32,000 nt of DNA from Dickeya dadantii NCPPB 898. GTDB lineage: Bacteria > Pseudomonadota > Gammaproteobacteria > Enterobacterales > Enterobacteriaceae. Shown here piece after piece: positions 1-9,647 of this stretch; positions within the stretch are counted from its first letter, which is position 1; the number at the start of each line of letters is the position of its first letter. The notes beneath the pieces were generated by a model. The model ran no database searches, was not told where the DNA came from, and worked only from the letters and a program-made list of their open reading frames with translations. Both the position numbers and the translations under genes were made by a program. The stretch spans positions 2,293,543 through 2,325,542 of the forward strand of contig NZ_CM001976.1 in NCBI RefSeq assembly GCF_000406145.1, written 5' to 3'.

Positions 1-113
1 AGGGTGTGTGCGGAGCCTGAGCCGGACGCGACTAAACCCTCGTCAGCGGCAATACCTATGTTACAATAAATTTTAACGATTACTGACCGGTGAATGCCGT
101 TGAACGAGGAGCC

Positions 114-713
114 ATGGCGCAGCTTTATTTTTATTATTCCGCGATGAATGCAGGGAAATCCACCGCACTGTTACAGTCTTCATATAACTACCAGGAAAGG
201 GGAATGCGGACCCTGGTGTTTACGGCTGAAATAGATGACCGTTCCGGGCGAGTCGGCGTCGTTAGTTCCCGCATCGGTCTCTCTTCACCGGCGTTATTGT
301 TTAACGAACAGACAGATTTATTCCAGACGCTTGAGTTGGCGCATCGTCAGCAAACTATTCACTGTGTGTTAATTGATGAAAGTCAGTTTTTGACACGTGA
401 ACAAGTGAATGCGCTGTGTGATGTCGTCGATCAATTAGACATTCCGGTCCTCTGTTATGGTCTGCGTACCGATTTCCGCGGGGAATTGTTCAGCGGCAGT
501 CATTATTTATTGGCGTGGGCAGACAAACTGGTCGAACTTAAAACCGTCTGCCATTGCGGGCGTAAAGCGAATCACGTATTGCGGGTGGATTCGCATGGCA
601 AGCCCGTCATTGAAGGTGAGCAAGTCGTTATCGGCGGAAATGAGAGTTACGTGTCGGTGTGTCGGAAGCATTATAAAATCGCCCTGGGATTGACCCGAGT
701 AGAAACGGAATAA
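114..713 (+). CDS. tdk: thymidine kinase
   Basis: ORF 90..713. The sequence from [17 protein letters not shown] (P-loop) through the C-terminal Cys pairs (CHCG...CRKHY) matches enterobacterial Tdk as I remember it. ATG 114 was chosen because conservation begins there and GAGGAG lies just upstream. GTG 90 is an alternative start. Confidence 0.93.
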   Translation: MAQLYFYYSAMNAGKSTALLQSSYNYQERGMRTLVFTAEIDDRSGRVGVVSSRIGLSSPALLFNEQTDLFQTLELAHRQQTIHCVLIDESQFLTREQVNALCDVVDQLDIPVLCYGLRTDFRGELFSGSHYLLAWADKLVELKTVCHCGRKANHVLRVDSHGKPVIEGEQVVIGGNESYVSVCRKHYKIALGLTRVETE

Positions 714-726
714 TCCATATCTATAT

Positions 727-744
727 AGGCTAAGCATTTAGCCT
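727..744 (+). terminator. possible tdk terminator hairpin
   Basis: AGGCTAA-GCAT-TTAGCCT hairpin 14 nt after the tdk stop. The following tract (GGCTTATT) is only weakly T-rich. Confidence 0.3.
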
Positions 745-1005
745 GGCTTATTAATAACCGGGTAGATGAAGCGATTATCCGGTTATCGCTCCTGGTAAAA
801 ATTGATAATATAAATTAAATATTCGTTACCAGATGCGTATTTGCTGCTTTTTGCCGTTGTTTTCGCAGACGTGCTCCCTCGGCGTTATTGATGCGTTTTC
901 CGGACCGCAATTCGTTTTCTGAGCCGAATAATCCCCTCGCCAGCAGCCCTGATGCATCAACCCCGTTTTACCGGCGTAACGCTCTCCGTCGCTGTAATGG
1001 ATGTT

Positions 1006-1073
1006 GTTGTAACGCGATAGTGGCTGTTACGCGCTAGTGGCTGTAGCGGGATAGTGGCTATAACGAGATACTT
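1006..1073. repeat. degenerate 17-bp tandem repeat, four core copies
   Basis: Head-to-tail units GTTGTAACGCGATAGTG (1006), GCTGTTACGCGCTAGTG (1023), GCTGTAGCGGGATAGTG (1040) and GCTATAACGAGATACTT (1057). Weaker related units lie upstream, from about 974. Confidence 0.7.
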
Positions 1074-1231
1074 ACGGCGTGCTGGAGCTGACTGCCGGAT
1101 TACAGGGGATGGTGCGTTGGTGGCGGACTATATCTCAGAAATCTGTATCGCTGCAGACGGTGTCTCTCGCGGGTGATGACGGTAGCGGGGCGTCATTCTT
1201 GTTGTGGTATGACCAATCCCATTCCCTACCC

Positions 1232-1261
1232 AAAAAAAAGCCCTGCGCGTGTGCACAGGGC
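1232..1261 (-). terminator. adhE rho-independent terminator
   Basis: On the minus strand, GCCCTGTGCACACGCGCAGGGC (GC-rich stem) is followed by TTTTTTTT, about 25 nt after the adhE stop. Confidence 0.8.
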
Positions 1262-1286
1262 TTTGAGTATGCAGCCGTCAGCGATA

Positions 1287-3989
1287 TCAGTTAACGGCTT
1301 TTTTCTCTTTCTTCTCGGCTTTTTCCGCCTTGGCGGGCACGCTGGCCGCAACTGGGGCGGTTTTGGTTTCGGTGACCGCATGTTCGACAAACGGACGGCC
1401 GTAGAACGAATCCAGCAGGATTTGTTTCAACTCGGCAATCAGCGGATAACGCGGGTTAGCGCCGGTACACTGATCGTCAAACGCATCTTCAGAGAGTTTA
1501 TCCACCTTGGCCAGGAAATCGGCTTCCTGTACGCCGGCTTCACGAATAGAGGTGGGAATACCCAGTTCCTTCTTCATGCTTTCCAGCCAGGCCAGCAGTT
1601 TTTCGATTTTCTGCGCCGTACGGTCGCCAGCGGCTCCCAGGCCCAGATGGTCGGCCACTTCGGCATAACGACGGCGTGCCTGCGGACGGTCGTACTGGCT
1701 GAATGCTGTCTGCTTGGTCGGGTTATCGTTGGCGTTATAGCGAATCACGTTGCTAATCAGCAGGGCATTGGCCAGGCCGTGCGGGATATGGAACTCCGAA
1801 CCCAGCTTGTGCGCCATGGAGTGGCAGACGCCCAGGAAGGCGTTAGCGAAGGCGATACCGGCGATTGTCGCCGCGTTATGAACGCGCTCGCGGGCCACCG
1901 GGTTTTTCGCGCCTTCACGGTAGCTGGTCGGCAGGTTATCTTTCAGCAGTTTCAGTGCCTGCAACGCCTGACCGTCGGAATATTCGTTCGCCAGCACGGA
2001 TACATAGGCTTCCAGCGAGTGGGTCACCGCGTCCAGCCCGCCGAACGCACACAGCGACTTCGGCATGTTCATCACCAGATTGGCGTCGACAATCGCCATA
2101 TCCGGCGTCAGCGCATAGTCTGCCAGCGGATATTTCTGGCCGGTGGCGTCATCGGTCACCACGGCGAACGGCGTCACTTCAGAACCGGTGCCGGAAGTGG
2201 TGGTCACGGCGATCAACTTGGCTTTCACGCCCATTTTCGGGAACTTGTAGATACGTTTGCGGATATCCATAAAACGCAGCGCCAGTTCTTCAAAATGGGT
2301 ATCCGGATGTTCGTACATAACCCACATGATCTTGGCGGCATCCATCGGCGAACCGCCGCCCAGCGCGATAATGACGTCGGGTTTAAAGGCGTTCATCTGT
2401 TCGGCGCCTTTGCGAACGACGCTGAGCGTCGGGTCGGCTTCCACTTCAAAGAAGACATCGGTATCCAGACCCTGCTGTTTCAGCACCGACGTAATCTGGT
2501 CGACATAGCCGTTATTAAACAGGAAACGGTCAGTAACGATGAACGCGCGTTTCGCGCCGTCGCTCGCCACTTCTTCCAGCGCTATCGGCAGAGAGCCGCG
2601 GCGGAAGTAGATAGATTTGGGAAGTTTGTGCCACAGCATATTCTCTGCTCGCTTAGCCACGGTTTTACGGTTGATCAGGTGCTTCGGCCCGACGTTCTCG
2701 GAGATGGAGTTACCGCCCCATGAACCGCAACCCAGCGTCAGCGACGGCGCCAGTTTAAAGTTGTACAAATCGCCGATCCCGCCCTGAGAAGCCGGCGTAT
2801 TGATCAGGATACGGGCGGTTTTCATCTTGTCGCCAAAATGGTTGACGCGACGAGGCTGGTTGTCCTGATCGGTGTACAGACAGGAGGTGTGGCCGATGCC
2901 GCCCATGGCGACCAGTTTTTCCGCTTTGTCGACCGCGTCTTCAAAGTCTTTCGCCCGGTACATCGCCAGCGTCGGGGACAGTTTCTCGTGAGCGAACGGT
3001 TCGGACTCGTCCGCGTTCGTTACTTCACCGATCAGCACTTTGGTGCTGGCAGGCACGGTAATACCGGCCATTTCAGCAATCTTGATGGCCGGTTGGCCGA
3101 CGATGGCGGCGTTGAGCGCGCCGTTTTTCAGCAGAATGCCTTGCACCGCGCTGAGCTCTTTGCCCCGAAGCAGGTAACCGCCGTGGGTCGAGAAGCGTTC
3201 ACGCACCGCATCATAGATTTCATCGACCACGATTACCGACTGCTCGGAAGCGCAAATCACGCCGTTGTCGAAGGTTTTGGACATCAGAATCGATGCTACG
3301 GCGCGTTTGATATCGGCCGTTTCATCGATCACCACCGGGGTGTTGCCCGCGCCCACGCCAATTGCCGGCTTACCGGAGCTGTAGGCTGCTTTTACCATGC
3401 CCGGGCCGCCAGTTGCCAGGATCAGGTTGATATCCGGGTGATGCATCAGCTGATTGGACAGCTCCACTGACGGCTCATCAATCCAGCCGATGATGTCACG
3501 AGGCGCGCCCGCGGCGATCGCGGCCTGCAGGACGATATCCGCCGCTTTATTGGTGGCATTTTTTGCGCGCGGATGCGGGGAGAAAATAATGCCGTTGCGG
3601 GTTTTCAGGCTGATCAAGGCTTTAAAGATAGCCGTGGAGGTCGGGTTAGTGGTCGGAACGATACCGCAGATCAGGCCGATAGGTTCGGCAATCGTGATGG
3701 TGCCGAACGTATCATCGACGGACAGCACGCCGCAGGTTTGCTCATCCTTATAAGCGTTATAGATGTACTCGGAAGCGAAGTGGTTTTTGATCACCTTATC
3801 TTCAATAATACCCATGCCGGATTCGGCGACCGCCATTTTCGCCAGCGGTATACGGGCATCCGCAGCAGCCAGCGCGGCGGCGCGGAAGATCTGATCGACC
3901 TGCTCTTGCGAGAAGTTTGCGAACTCCTGCTGCGCTTTTTTGACGCGTTCGACCAAAGCGTTAAGTTCAGCAACGTTTGTTACGGCCAT
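1287..3989 (-). CDS. adhE: bifunctional acetaldehyde-CoA dehydrogenase / alcohol dehydrogenase
   Basis: 900-aa ORF. The N-terminus MAVTNVAELNALVERVKKAQ, the aldehyde-dehydrogenase half, the Fe-ADH half and the Lys/Ala-rich C-terminal tail are collinear with E. coli AdhE (from memory). Confidence 0.97.
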   Translation of the reverse strand: MAVTNVAELNALVERVKKAQQEFANFSQEQVDQIFRAAALAAADARIPLAKMAVAESGMGIIEDKVIKNHFASEYIYNAYKDEQTCGVLSVDDTFGTITIAEPIGLICGIVPTTNPTSTAIFKALISLKTRNGIIFSPHPRAKNATNKAADIVLQAAIAAGAPRDIIGWIDEPSVELSNQLMHHPDINLILATGGPGMVKAAYSSGKPAIGVGAGNTPVVIDETADIKRAVASILMSKTFDNGVICASEQSVIVVDEIYDAVRERFSTHGGYLLRGKELSAVQGILLKNGALNAAIVGQPAIKIAEMAGITVPASTKVLIGEVTNADESEPFAHEKLSPTLAMYRAKDFEDAVDKAEKLVAMGGIGHTSCLYTDQDNQPRRVNHFGDKMKTARILINTPASQGGIGDLYNFKLAPSLTLGCGSWGGNSISENVGPKHLINRKTVAKRAENMLWHKLPKSIYFRRGSLPIALEEVASDGAKRAFIVTDRFLFNNGYVDQITSVLKQQGLDTDVFFEVEADPTLSVVRKGAEQMNAFKPDVIIALGGGSPMDAAKIMWVMYEHPDTHFEELALRFMDIRKRIYKFPKMGVKAKLIAVTTTSGTGSEVTPFAVVTDDATGQKYPLADYALTPDMAIVDANLVMNMPKSLCAFGGLDAVTHSLEAYVSVLANEYSDGQALQALKLLKDNLPTSYREGAKNPVARERVHNAATIAGIAFANAFLGVCHSMAHKLGSEFHIPHGLANALLISNVIRYNANDNPTKQTAFSQYDRPQARRRYAEVADHLGLGAAGDRTAQKIEKLLAWLESMKKELGIPTSIREAGVQEADFLAKVDKLSEDAFDDQCTGANPRYPLIAELKQILLDSFYGRPFVEHAVTETKTAPVAASVPAKAEKAEKKEKKAVN

Positions 3990-4536
3990 AATGCTCTCCT
4001 GTAATGTTAAGCTCTTTCAGTCAATGGTCAGCCCGGTAAATAAGCAGTATAGATAACGGTTGACGCACCTGATAATTTGGCTGCGGTGATTATCCATTGA
4101 CTCAAAGCGCTCCTGATAAATGCGATCGCCTGGTTTAATAACAGCAATCTCGGTTTCTCTATTTGATTCCTAAAGTTGCCGGCGATTTGACGACAGAATC
4201 GGCTGTCGTTGTCCGTCTTGCTACGATGAAGGCAGAATACCCCGTTGTTAGCCGGTTTTTTGTGATCCTTCTCGCTAAATTTCAATGCTGACACCATTCA
4301 GCATGGCACGATTGAGAATCAATATCATTTGTATCGGTGATTTGTTAAAAATAAATGACCATAATATGAGTGGGTTTATATCGATTTGTATCGAAAATCT
4401 GAATAGAGGCAGAGAATAATTATCTGGGCGGAGGATGGAGGCGCGCGGCGCTTTACATTACTGTAGGAGATATCACGGCATTAGCTGTGGCTTATCAGGG
4501 ATTCCCGGCGTTGACAATAATCTTCAGAGGTGGAAT

Positions 4537-5181
4537 GTGATTCAGCCTGTTCTGGATTTCTCCGGTTACATCAAATTCTTTATCGGATTATTTGCGTTGA
4601 TTAACCCGGTGGGCATTCTGCCCATCTTTATTAGCATGACCAGTTATCAGGGGGCGGAAGGGCGGTCGAAGACCAATCTGACAGCGAATGTCTCCGTGGT
4701 AATCATTCTTTGGGGCGCGCTGTTTTTCGGCGACATGATTTTGCGGTTGTTCGGCATTTCCATTGATTCGTTTCGGATTGCGGGCGGCATTCTGATTGTA
4801 ACCATCGCCATGTCGATGATAAGCGGCAAGCTGGGTGAGGATAAACAGAATAAACAGGAGAAAACAGAAACCGCCAATCGGGAAAGTATTGGCGTGGTGC
4901 CGCTGGCGTTGCCGCTGATGGCCGGGCCGGGGGCGATCAGTTCCACCATTGTCTGGAGTTCCCGTTATCACGGCTGGCAAAATCTGCTGGGGTTGTCGCT
5001 GGCGATTGCATTTTTTGCATTCTGCTGCTGGCTGTTGTTCAGAGCGGCGCCGGCGCTGGTGCGGCTACTGGGGCAGACCGGCATTAACGTGGTGACGCGT
5101 ATCATGGGGCTGCTGTTGATGTCGCTCGGCATCGAATTTATCGTCACGGGAATTCGCACCTTGTTTCCCGGTTTGCTATAG
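4537..5181 (+). CDS. ychE: MarC-family inner membrane protein
   Basis: ORF 4435..5181. Conserved sequence starts at (V/M)IQPVLDFSGYIKFFIGLFALINPVG, matching the E. coli YchE N-terminus. GTG 4537 is preceded by AGAGG at 4526-4530, and the resulting 214 aa compares with about 215 aa in E. coli. Confidence 0.88.
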   Translation: MIQPVLDFSGYIKFFIGLFALINPVGILPIFISMTSYQGAEGRSKTNLTANVSVVIILWGALFFGDMILRLFGISIDSFRIAGGILIVTIAMSMISGKLGEDKQNKQEKTETANRESIGVVPLALPLMAGPGAISSTIVWSSRYHGWQNLLGLSLAIAFFAFCCWLLFRAAPALVRLLGQTGINVVTRIMGLLLMSLGIEFIVTGIRTLFPGLL

Positions 5182-5230
5182 CCGCAAGGGCTGCTACTTT
5201 ATTTTTATTGATACTTTTTCCTTATGTTTA

Positions 5231-5257
5231 TTCCCCGGCAATAATCGGGCCGGGGAA
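5231..5257 (+). other. 9-bp-stem hairpin downstream of ychE (possible U-tract-less terminator or RNA stabiliser)
   Basis: TTCCCCGGC-N9-GCCGGGGAA perfect inverted repeat 50 nt after the ychE stop. There is no T-run on either strand. Confidence 0.35.
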
Positions 5258-5545
5258 AGCCTATCGACTACTATTATTTATCACTCCAGAGAGTGTGGCT
5301 TATTTTCATTCTTTAATCGCATGCCTTAGATAAGCTAATGCATATGGCGTAAAAGGCGACAGGCATTATGGCAAGACGCGTATGCGCTTTCGCTGTTAAT
5401 TTATTCACATGCAAAGGGGGCGGCGCCGGTAATGGTGTTATTGTGTGCGGGAGTGTTTTATCGTGTGTTTTTTACCCTGATCTAGTGTTAATTCTTTCAT
5501 ACTTACAAGTTATTGGACAATCTGCTGCCGGGCGAATCTTTACCG

Positions 5546-5572
5546 CCGTGACGCTCGTCACGGATGTTTTTA
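5546..5572 (+). terminator. terminator-like hairpin inside the ychE-oppA spacer
   Basis: CCGTGACG-CT-CGTCACGG perfect palindrome followed by ATGTTTTTA. The T-tract is present only on the + strand. Confidence 0.4.
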
Positions 5573-6054
5573 TATCCATTTACGTGCTTAAGCCATTTTG
5601 TGACTTTCCGAGATGGAAAAGAAATTTAAGTAACAGGCTGCAAAATCTATTGGCGAAGACGGATTCTTCTGATACGTTCGGCATCACGCTATTCCCCTTG
5701 GCTGTTATGGATAAGTTAATTTTATTAGAGCCTTATCCGTGACCGTCTTTTTGTGGGGGGCGTACCATCAGGGAAGAGTGGAAATGGCTGTGAGCTGCCG
5801 AGTCTGGGAAAAGGCTACGGCGGTTTTTGGGTTGCCGGAATGTGCTGTTTTTATCTCTGTTGATTTTTCCAACACGTTGGCGCGGCGTTATGACGTATCT
5901 GGCTGTGCTGCGTGGATAAAACAATTTAGATGTGATTGAGCGGCCATGTTGCCAGATTCGTTCCTCTGGTGGCGATGATGTCTGTCCGTTTAATACGTAA
6001 AAAAAGTTATGTGCCTGATCGGGCGATAACAGTAGAACAGGAGCAAGGTAAATA

Positions 6055-7698
6055 ATGGTAAACAACACAATTAAAAAAAGACTGGCGGTCAGCATTCTCG
6101 CTGCTATCACTGCTTCTGCCAGCGTTTCCGCCTGGGCCGCTAAAGTGCCGGCCGGCGTTCAACTGGCTGAGAAGCAGGAGCTGGTGCGCAACAACGGTTC
6201 CGAGGTCGCCTCGCTGGACCCGCATAAGATGGAAGGCGTGCCGGAATCCAACATTGCGCGCGACCTGCTGGAAGGGCTGTTGGTTACCTCTCCGGATGGC
6301 CACCCGGCGCCGGGCGTTGCGGAAAGCTGGGACAATAAAGAGTTCAAAGTGTGGACCTTCCATCTGCGTAAAGACGCAAAATGGTCCAACGGCGATCCGG
6401 TCACCGCACAGGATTTCGTCTACAGCTGGCAGCGTGTTTCCAACCCGAAAACAGCATCGCCTTACGCCAGTTATCTGCAGTTCGGTCATATCGTTAACAT
6501 CGATGATGTCGTCGCGGGCAAAAAATCACCTGACACGCTGGGCGTGAAAGCGATCGACGATCACACGCTGGAAGTGACGCTGAGCGAACCGGTACCGTAC
6601 TTCTATAAACTGCTGGTGCACCCGTCCACCTTCCCGGTGAACAAAAAAGCGGTTGAGCAGTTTGGCGACAAATGGACCCAGCCGGCTAACTGGGTGGGCA
6701 ACGGCGCCTACAAACTGAAAGAATGGGTGGTGAACGAAAAGATCGTTCTGGAGCGCAACCCGAACTACTGGGATAACGCCAACACCATCATCAATAAAGT
6801 GACTTATCTGCCGATCTCCTCCGAAGTGACGGACGTGAACCGCTACCGTAGCGGCGAGATCGACATGACGTATAACAACCTGCCGATCGAGCTGTTCCAG
6901 AAGCTGAAGAAAGAGATCCCCAGCGAAGTGAAGGCGGATCCGTATCTGTGCACCTACTACTATGAGATCAACAATCAGAAAGCGCCGTTTACCGATGCCC
7001 GCGTGCGTCAGGCGCTGGTACTGGGGCTGGATCAGGACATTCTGGTCAACAAGGTGAAAGGTCAGGGCGACACCCCGGCGTTTGGTTTCACCCCGCCGTA
7101 CATCGACGGCATGGACGGCAAACTGACGCCGCCGGAGTGGGTGAGCTGGTCGCGTGAAAAACGTAATGCCGAAGCGAAGAAACTGCTGGCCGAAGCAGGC
7201 TTCACTGCTGAAAAACCGCTGACTTTCAACCTGCTGTACAACACGTCCGATCTGCACAAGAAACTGGCGATTGCCGCGTCTTCCATCTGGAAAAGCAATA
7301 TCGGTGTAGACGCGAAGCTGGAAAACCAGGAGTGGAAAACCTTCCTGGACAGCCGTCATCAGGGCACATTTGACGTCGCTCGTGCCGGCTGGTGCGCGGA
7401 CTATAACGAACCGACCACGTTCCTGAACATCATGATCGCCAACAGCAGCAGCAACACCGCGCATTACAAGAGCGCGGATTTCGACAAGCTGATGGCGCAA
7501 GCCCTGGCGGCGAAAACCGACAGCGAACGTGCCGACATTTACAAACAGGCTGAGACGCTGCTGGAAAAAGACGCTGCGGTGGTTCCGGTGTACTACTACG
7601 CCAATACCCGTTTGATTAAGCCTTACGTGGGCGGTGTAACCGGTAAAGATCCACTGGATAACATCAACGTTAAAAACCTTTATATTATCAAGCATTAA
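6055..7698 (+). CDS. oppA: periplasmic oligopeptide-binding protein
   Basis: 547-aa ORF with a signal peptide (…ASASVSAWA/AKVPAG) and a family-5 solute-binding protein body collinear with E. coli OppA. GGAGCAAGG lies upstream of the ATG, and the gene is first in an oppABCDF cluster. Confidence 0.96.
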   Translation: MVNNTIKKRLAVSILAAITASASVSAWAAKVPAGVQLAEKQELVRNNGSEVASLDPHKMEGVPESNIARDLLEGLLVTSPDGHPAPGVAESWDNKEFKVWTFHLRKDAKWSNGDPVTAQDFVYSWQRVSNPKTASPYASYLQFGHIVNIDDVVAGKKSPDTLGVKAIDDHTLEVTLSEPVPYFYKLLVHPSTFPVNKKAVEQFGDKWTQPANWVGNGAYKLKEWVVNEKIVLERNPNYWDNANTIINKVTYLPISSEVTDVNRYRSGEIDMTYNNLPIELFQKLKKEIPSEVKADPYLCTYYYEINNQKAPFTDARVRQALVLGLDQDILVNKVKGQGDTPAFGFTPPYIDGMDGKLTPPEWVSWSREKRNAEAKKLLAEAGFTAEKPLTFNLLYNTSDLHKKLAIAASSIWKSNIGVDAKLENQEWKTFLDSRHQGTFDVARAGWCADYNEPTTFLNIMIANSSSNTAHYKSADFDKLMAQALAAKTDSERADIYKQAETLLEKDAAVVPVYYYANTRLIKPYVGGVTGKDPLDNINVKNLYIIKH

Positions 7699-7703
7699 TG
7701 ATG

Positions 7704-7734
7704 AAGGGCGGGTGTCGGTTGGCACCCAGCCCTT
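7704..7734 (+). terminator. oppA-oppB intercistronic hairpin (partial terminator or mRNA stabiliser)
   Basis: AAGGGCGGGTG...CACCCAGCCCTT imperfect GC-rich stem directly after the oppA stop, followed by ATTCGGTTT. It would fit higher expression of the binding protein than of the permease genes. Confidence 0.45.
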
Positions 7735-7789
7735 ATTCGGTTTGATAAACAGAAGCGAAATTTTCAGACCGGTTTTATAGGTAAGGTCA

Positions 7790-8710
7790 ATGTTAAAATT
7801 TATTTTCCGTCGTTGCCTGGAAGCAATCCCGACACTGTTCATCCTGATTACCATCTCGTTTTTCATGATGCGACTGGCCCCGGGAAGTCCGTTTACTGGA
7901 GAACGCAATCTTCCCCCTGAAGTTATGGCGAATATCGAAGCCAAATACCATCTGAACGATCCCATGATCAAACAGTACGGTAATTATCTGGTGCAGTTGC
8001 TGAAAGGCGACTTTGGGCCGTCTTTCAAGTACAAAGATTATTCGGTAAATGATTTGGTCGTCCGGGCTTTTCCGGTGTCGGCTAAATTGGGTGCCGCCGC
8101 TTTTCTGCTGGCAGTGGTGCTGGGGGTGACCTCCGGCGTGATTGCCGCATTGAATCAAAACAGTAAATGGGACTACACGGTAATGGGGTTCGCCATGACC
8201 GGGGTAGTGATCCCGAGCTTTGTGGTAGCGCCGCTACTGGTGCTGATCTTCGCGATAACCCTGCGCTGGTTGCCAGGGGGCGGCTGGAACGGGGGCGCGC
8301 CGAAATACATCATTCTGCCGATGGTGGCGTTGTCCCTGTCTTATATCGCCAGCATCGCCCGTATTACCCGTGGCTCCATGATTGAAGTGCTGCATTCGAA
8401 CTTTATCCGCACCGCGCGCGCTAAGGGGCTGCCGCTGCGTCGGATTATTCTGCGCCACGCGCTGAAGCCGGCGCTGCTGCCGGTGCTTTCCTACATGGGA
8501 CCGGCGTTCGTGGGGATCATCACTGGCTCCATGGTGATTGAAACTATTTTCGGTTTACCTGGTATCGGTCAGTTGTTTGTTAACGGGGCGCTTAACCGTG
8601 ACTATTCGCTGGTGCTCAGCCTGACTGTGTTGGTGGGCGCGCTGACCATTCTGTTTAATGCGGTCATCGATGTGCTGTACGCGGTCATCGATCCGAAGAT
8701 CCGTTACTAA
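7790..8710 (+). CDS. oppB: oligopeptide ABC transporter permease
   Basis: 306 aa, MLKFIFRRCLEAIPTLFILITISFFMMRLAPGSPF..., near-identical in layout to E. coli OppB (from memory). Confidence 0.96.
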   Translation: MLKFIFRRCLEAIPTLFILITISFFMMRLAPGSPFTGERNLPPEVMANIEAKYHLNDPMIKQYGNYLVQLLKGDFGPSFKYKDYSVNDLVVRAFPVSAKLGAAAFLLAVVLGVTSGVIAALNQNSKWDYTVMGFAMTGVVIPSFVVAPLLVLIFAITLRWLPGGGWNGGAPKYIILPMVALSLSYIASIARITRGSMIEVLHSNFIRTARAKGLPLRRIILRHALKPALLPVLSYMGPAFVGIITGSMVIETIFGLPGIGQLFVNGALNRDYSLVLSLTVLVGALTILFNAVIDVLYAVIDPKIRY

Positions 8711-8722
8711 GGTAAATCACTG

Positions 8723-9631
8723 ATGTTTTGGAATAAACGTAACCGCGAAGCGCTGGACAACTTTAGCGAAAAACTGGAAGTGGAAGGGCGCAGTCTATGG
8801 CAGGATGCGCGCCGTCGCTTCATGCACAACCGGGCGGCGCTGGCCAGCCTGTTTGTCCTGACGCTCATCACGCTGTTTGTCGTCGTCGGCCCGATGGTGG
8901 CGCCGTTCAACTATGCCGATACCGACTGGAATATGATGTCCAGCGCGCCTGATATGGTGTCCAAACACTATTTCGGCACCGATTCGTCCGGCCGCGACCT
9001 GCTGGTGCGCGTGGCGATCGGCGGACGTATTTCTCTGATGGTCGGCGTTGCCGCCGCGCTGGTGGCGGTGATCGTGGGAACGCTGTATGGCGCCGCGTCC
9101 GGCTATATCGGTGGGAAAGTGGACTCGGTCATGATGCGTCTGCTGGAGATCCTCAACTCCTTCCCGTTCATGTTCTTCGTTATCCTGCTGGTGACCCTGT
9201 TCGGGCAAAATATTCTGCTGATTTTTGTGGCCATCGGCATGGTGTCCTGGCTGGATATGGCGCGTATCGTTCGCGGCCAGACCCTGAGCCTGAAACGTAA
9301 AGAGTTCATTGAAGCCGCGCTGGTGTGCGGTGTATCCACCCGCAGCATCGTGCTGCGCCATGTCGTGCCGAATGTGCTGGGCGTGGTTGTGGTATACGCG
9401 TCGCTGCTGGTGCCGAGCATGATCCTGTTCGAATCTTTTCTGAGTTTCCTTGGCCTGGGCACCCAGGAGCCGCTGAGCAGCTGGGGCGCGCTGCTGAACG
9501 ATGGCGCTAATTCAATGGAAGTGGCGCCGTGGCTGCTGCTGTATCCCGCCGGTTTCCTGGTGGTGACCCTGTTTTGTTTCAACTTTATCGGCGATGGCCT
9601 GCGTGATGCCCTCGACCCGAAAGACCGCTAA
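8723..9631 (+). CDS. oppC: oligopeptide ABC transporter permease
   Basis: 302 aa. The [27 protein letters not shown] motif and C-terminus [15 protein letters not shown] match E. coli OppC. Confidence 0.96.
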   Translation: MFWNKRNREALDNFSEKLEVEGRSLWQDARRRFMHNRAALASLFVLTLITLFVVVGPMVAPFNYADTDWNMMSSAPDMVSKHYFGTDSSGRDLLVRVAIGGRISLMVGVAAALVAVIVGTLYGAASGYIGGKVDSVMMRLLEILNSFPFMFFVILLVTLFGQNILLIFVAIGMVSWLDMARIVRGQTLSLKRKEFIEAALVCGVSTRSIVLRHVVPNVLGVVVVYASLLVPSMILFESFLSFLGLGTQEPLSSWGALLNDGANSMEVAPWLLLYPAGFLVVTLFCFNFIGDGLRDALDPKDR

Positions 9632-9647
9632 GGAGGCGCTTCATACC

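Noticed and set aside
833-922. 29-codon Cys-rich ORF (MRICCFLPLFSQTCSLGVIDAFSGPQFVF) on the + strand, and a 43-codon ORF on the opposite strand (start ~955), both in the tdk-adhE spacer.
   Set aside because: Neither has a convincing SD or any family resemblance. Small ORFs of this size occur by chance. They are mentioned only in the context of the long spacer.
1173-2723. 516-aa ORF on the + strand, plus shorter ones at 1865..2272, 2838..3470 and 3573..4004.
   Set aside because: They lie entirely antisense to adhE. The compositions are Arg/Gly/His-rich and low-complexity, as expected for stop-free antisense frames of GC3-rich genes. adhE homology explains the region.
4028-4297. 89-aa ORF on the - strand upstream of adhE.
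   Set aside because: It lies in the expected long adhE 5' leader/promoter region; the E. coli adhE leader is also long. It has no SD and no recognisable family.
4300-4330. GAGAATCAATATCATTTGT upstream of adhE/ychE, resembling a Fur or FNR site.
   Set aside because: It matches the Fur consensus at only about 12 of 19 positions, and the FNR second half-site is poor. This is not enough to call.
5368-5742. 124-aa ORF in the ychE-oppA spacer, hydrophobic and possibly a small membrane protein.
   Set aside because: It has no convincing SD, is heavy in codons rare in neighbouring genes, and reads straight through a terminator-like palindrome. The hydrophobicity is what T-rich non-coding DNA yields. 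It is kept only as part of the spacer finding.
6526-7971. 481-aa ORF on the - strand.
   Set aside because: It is antisense to oppA and the oppB start, Arg/Val-rich with no recognisable motif. It is an artefact of codon bias.
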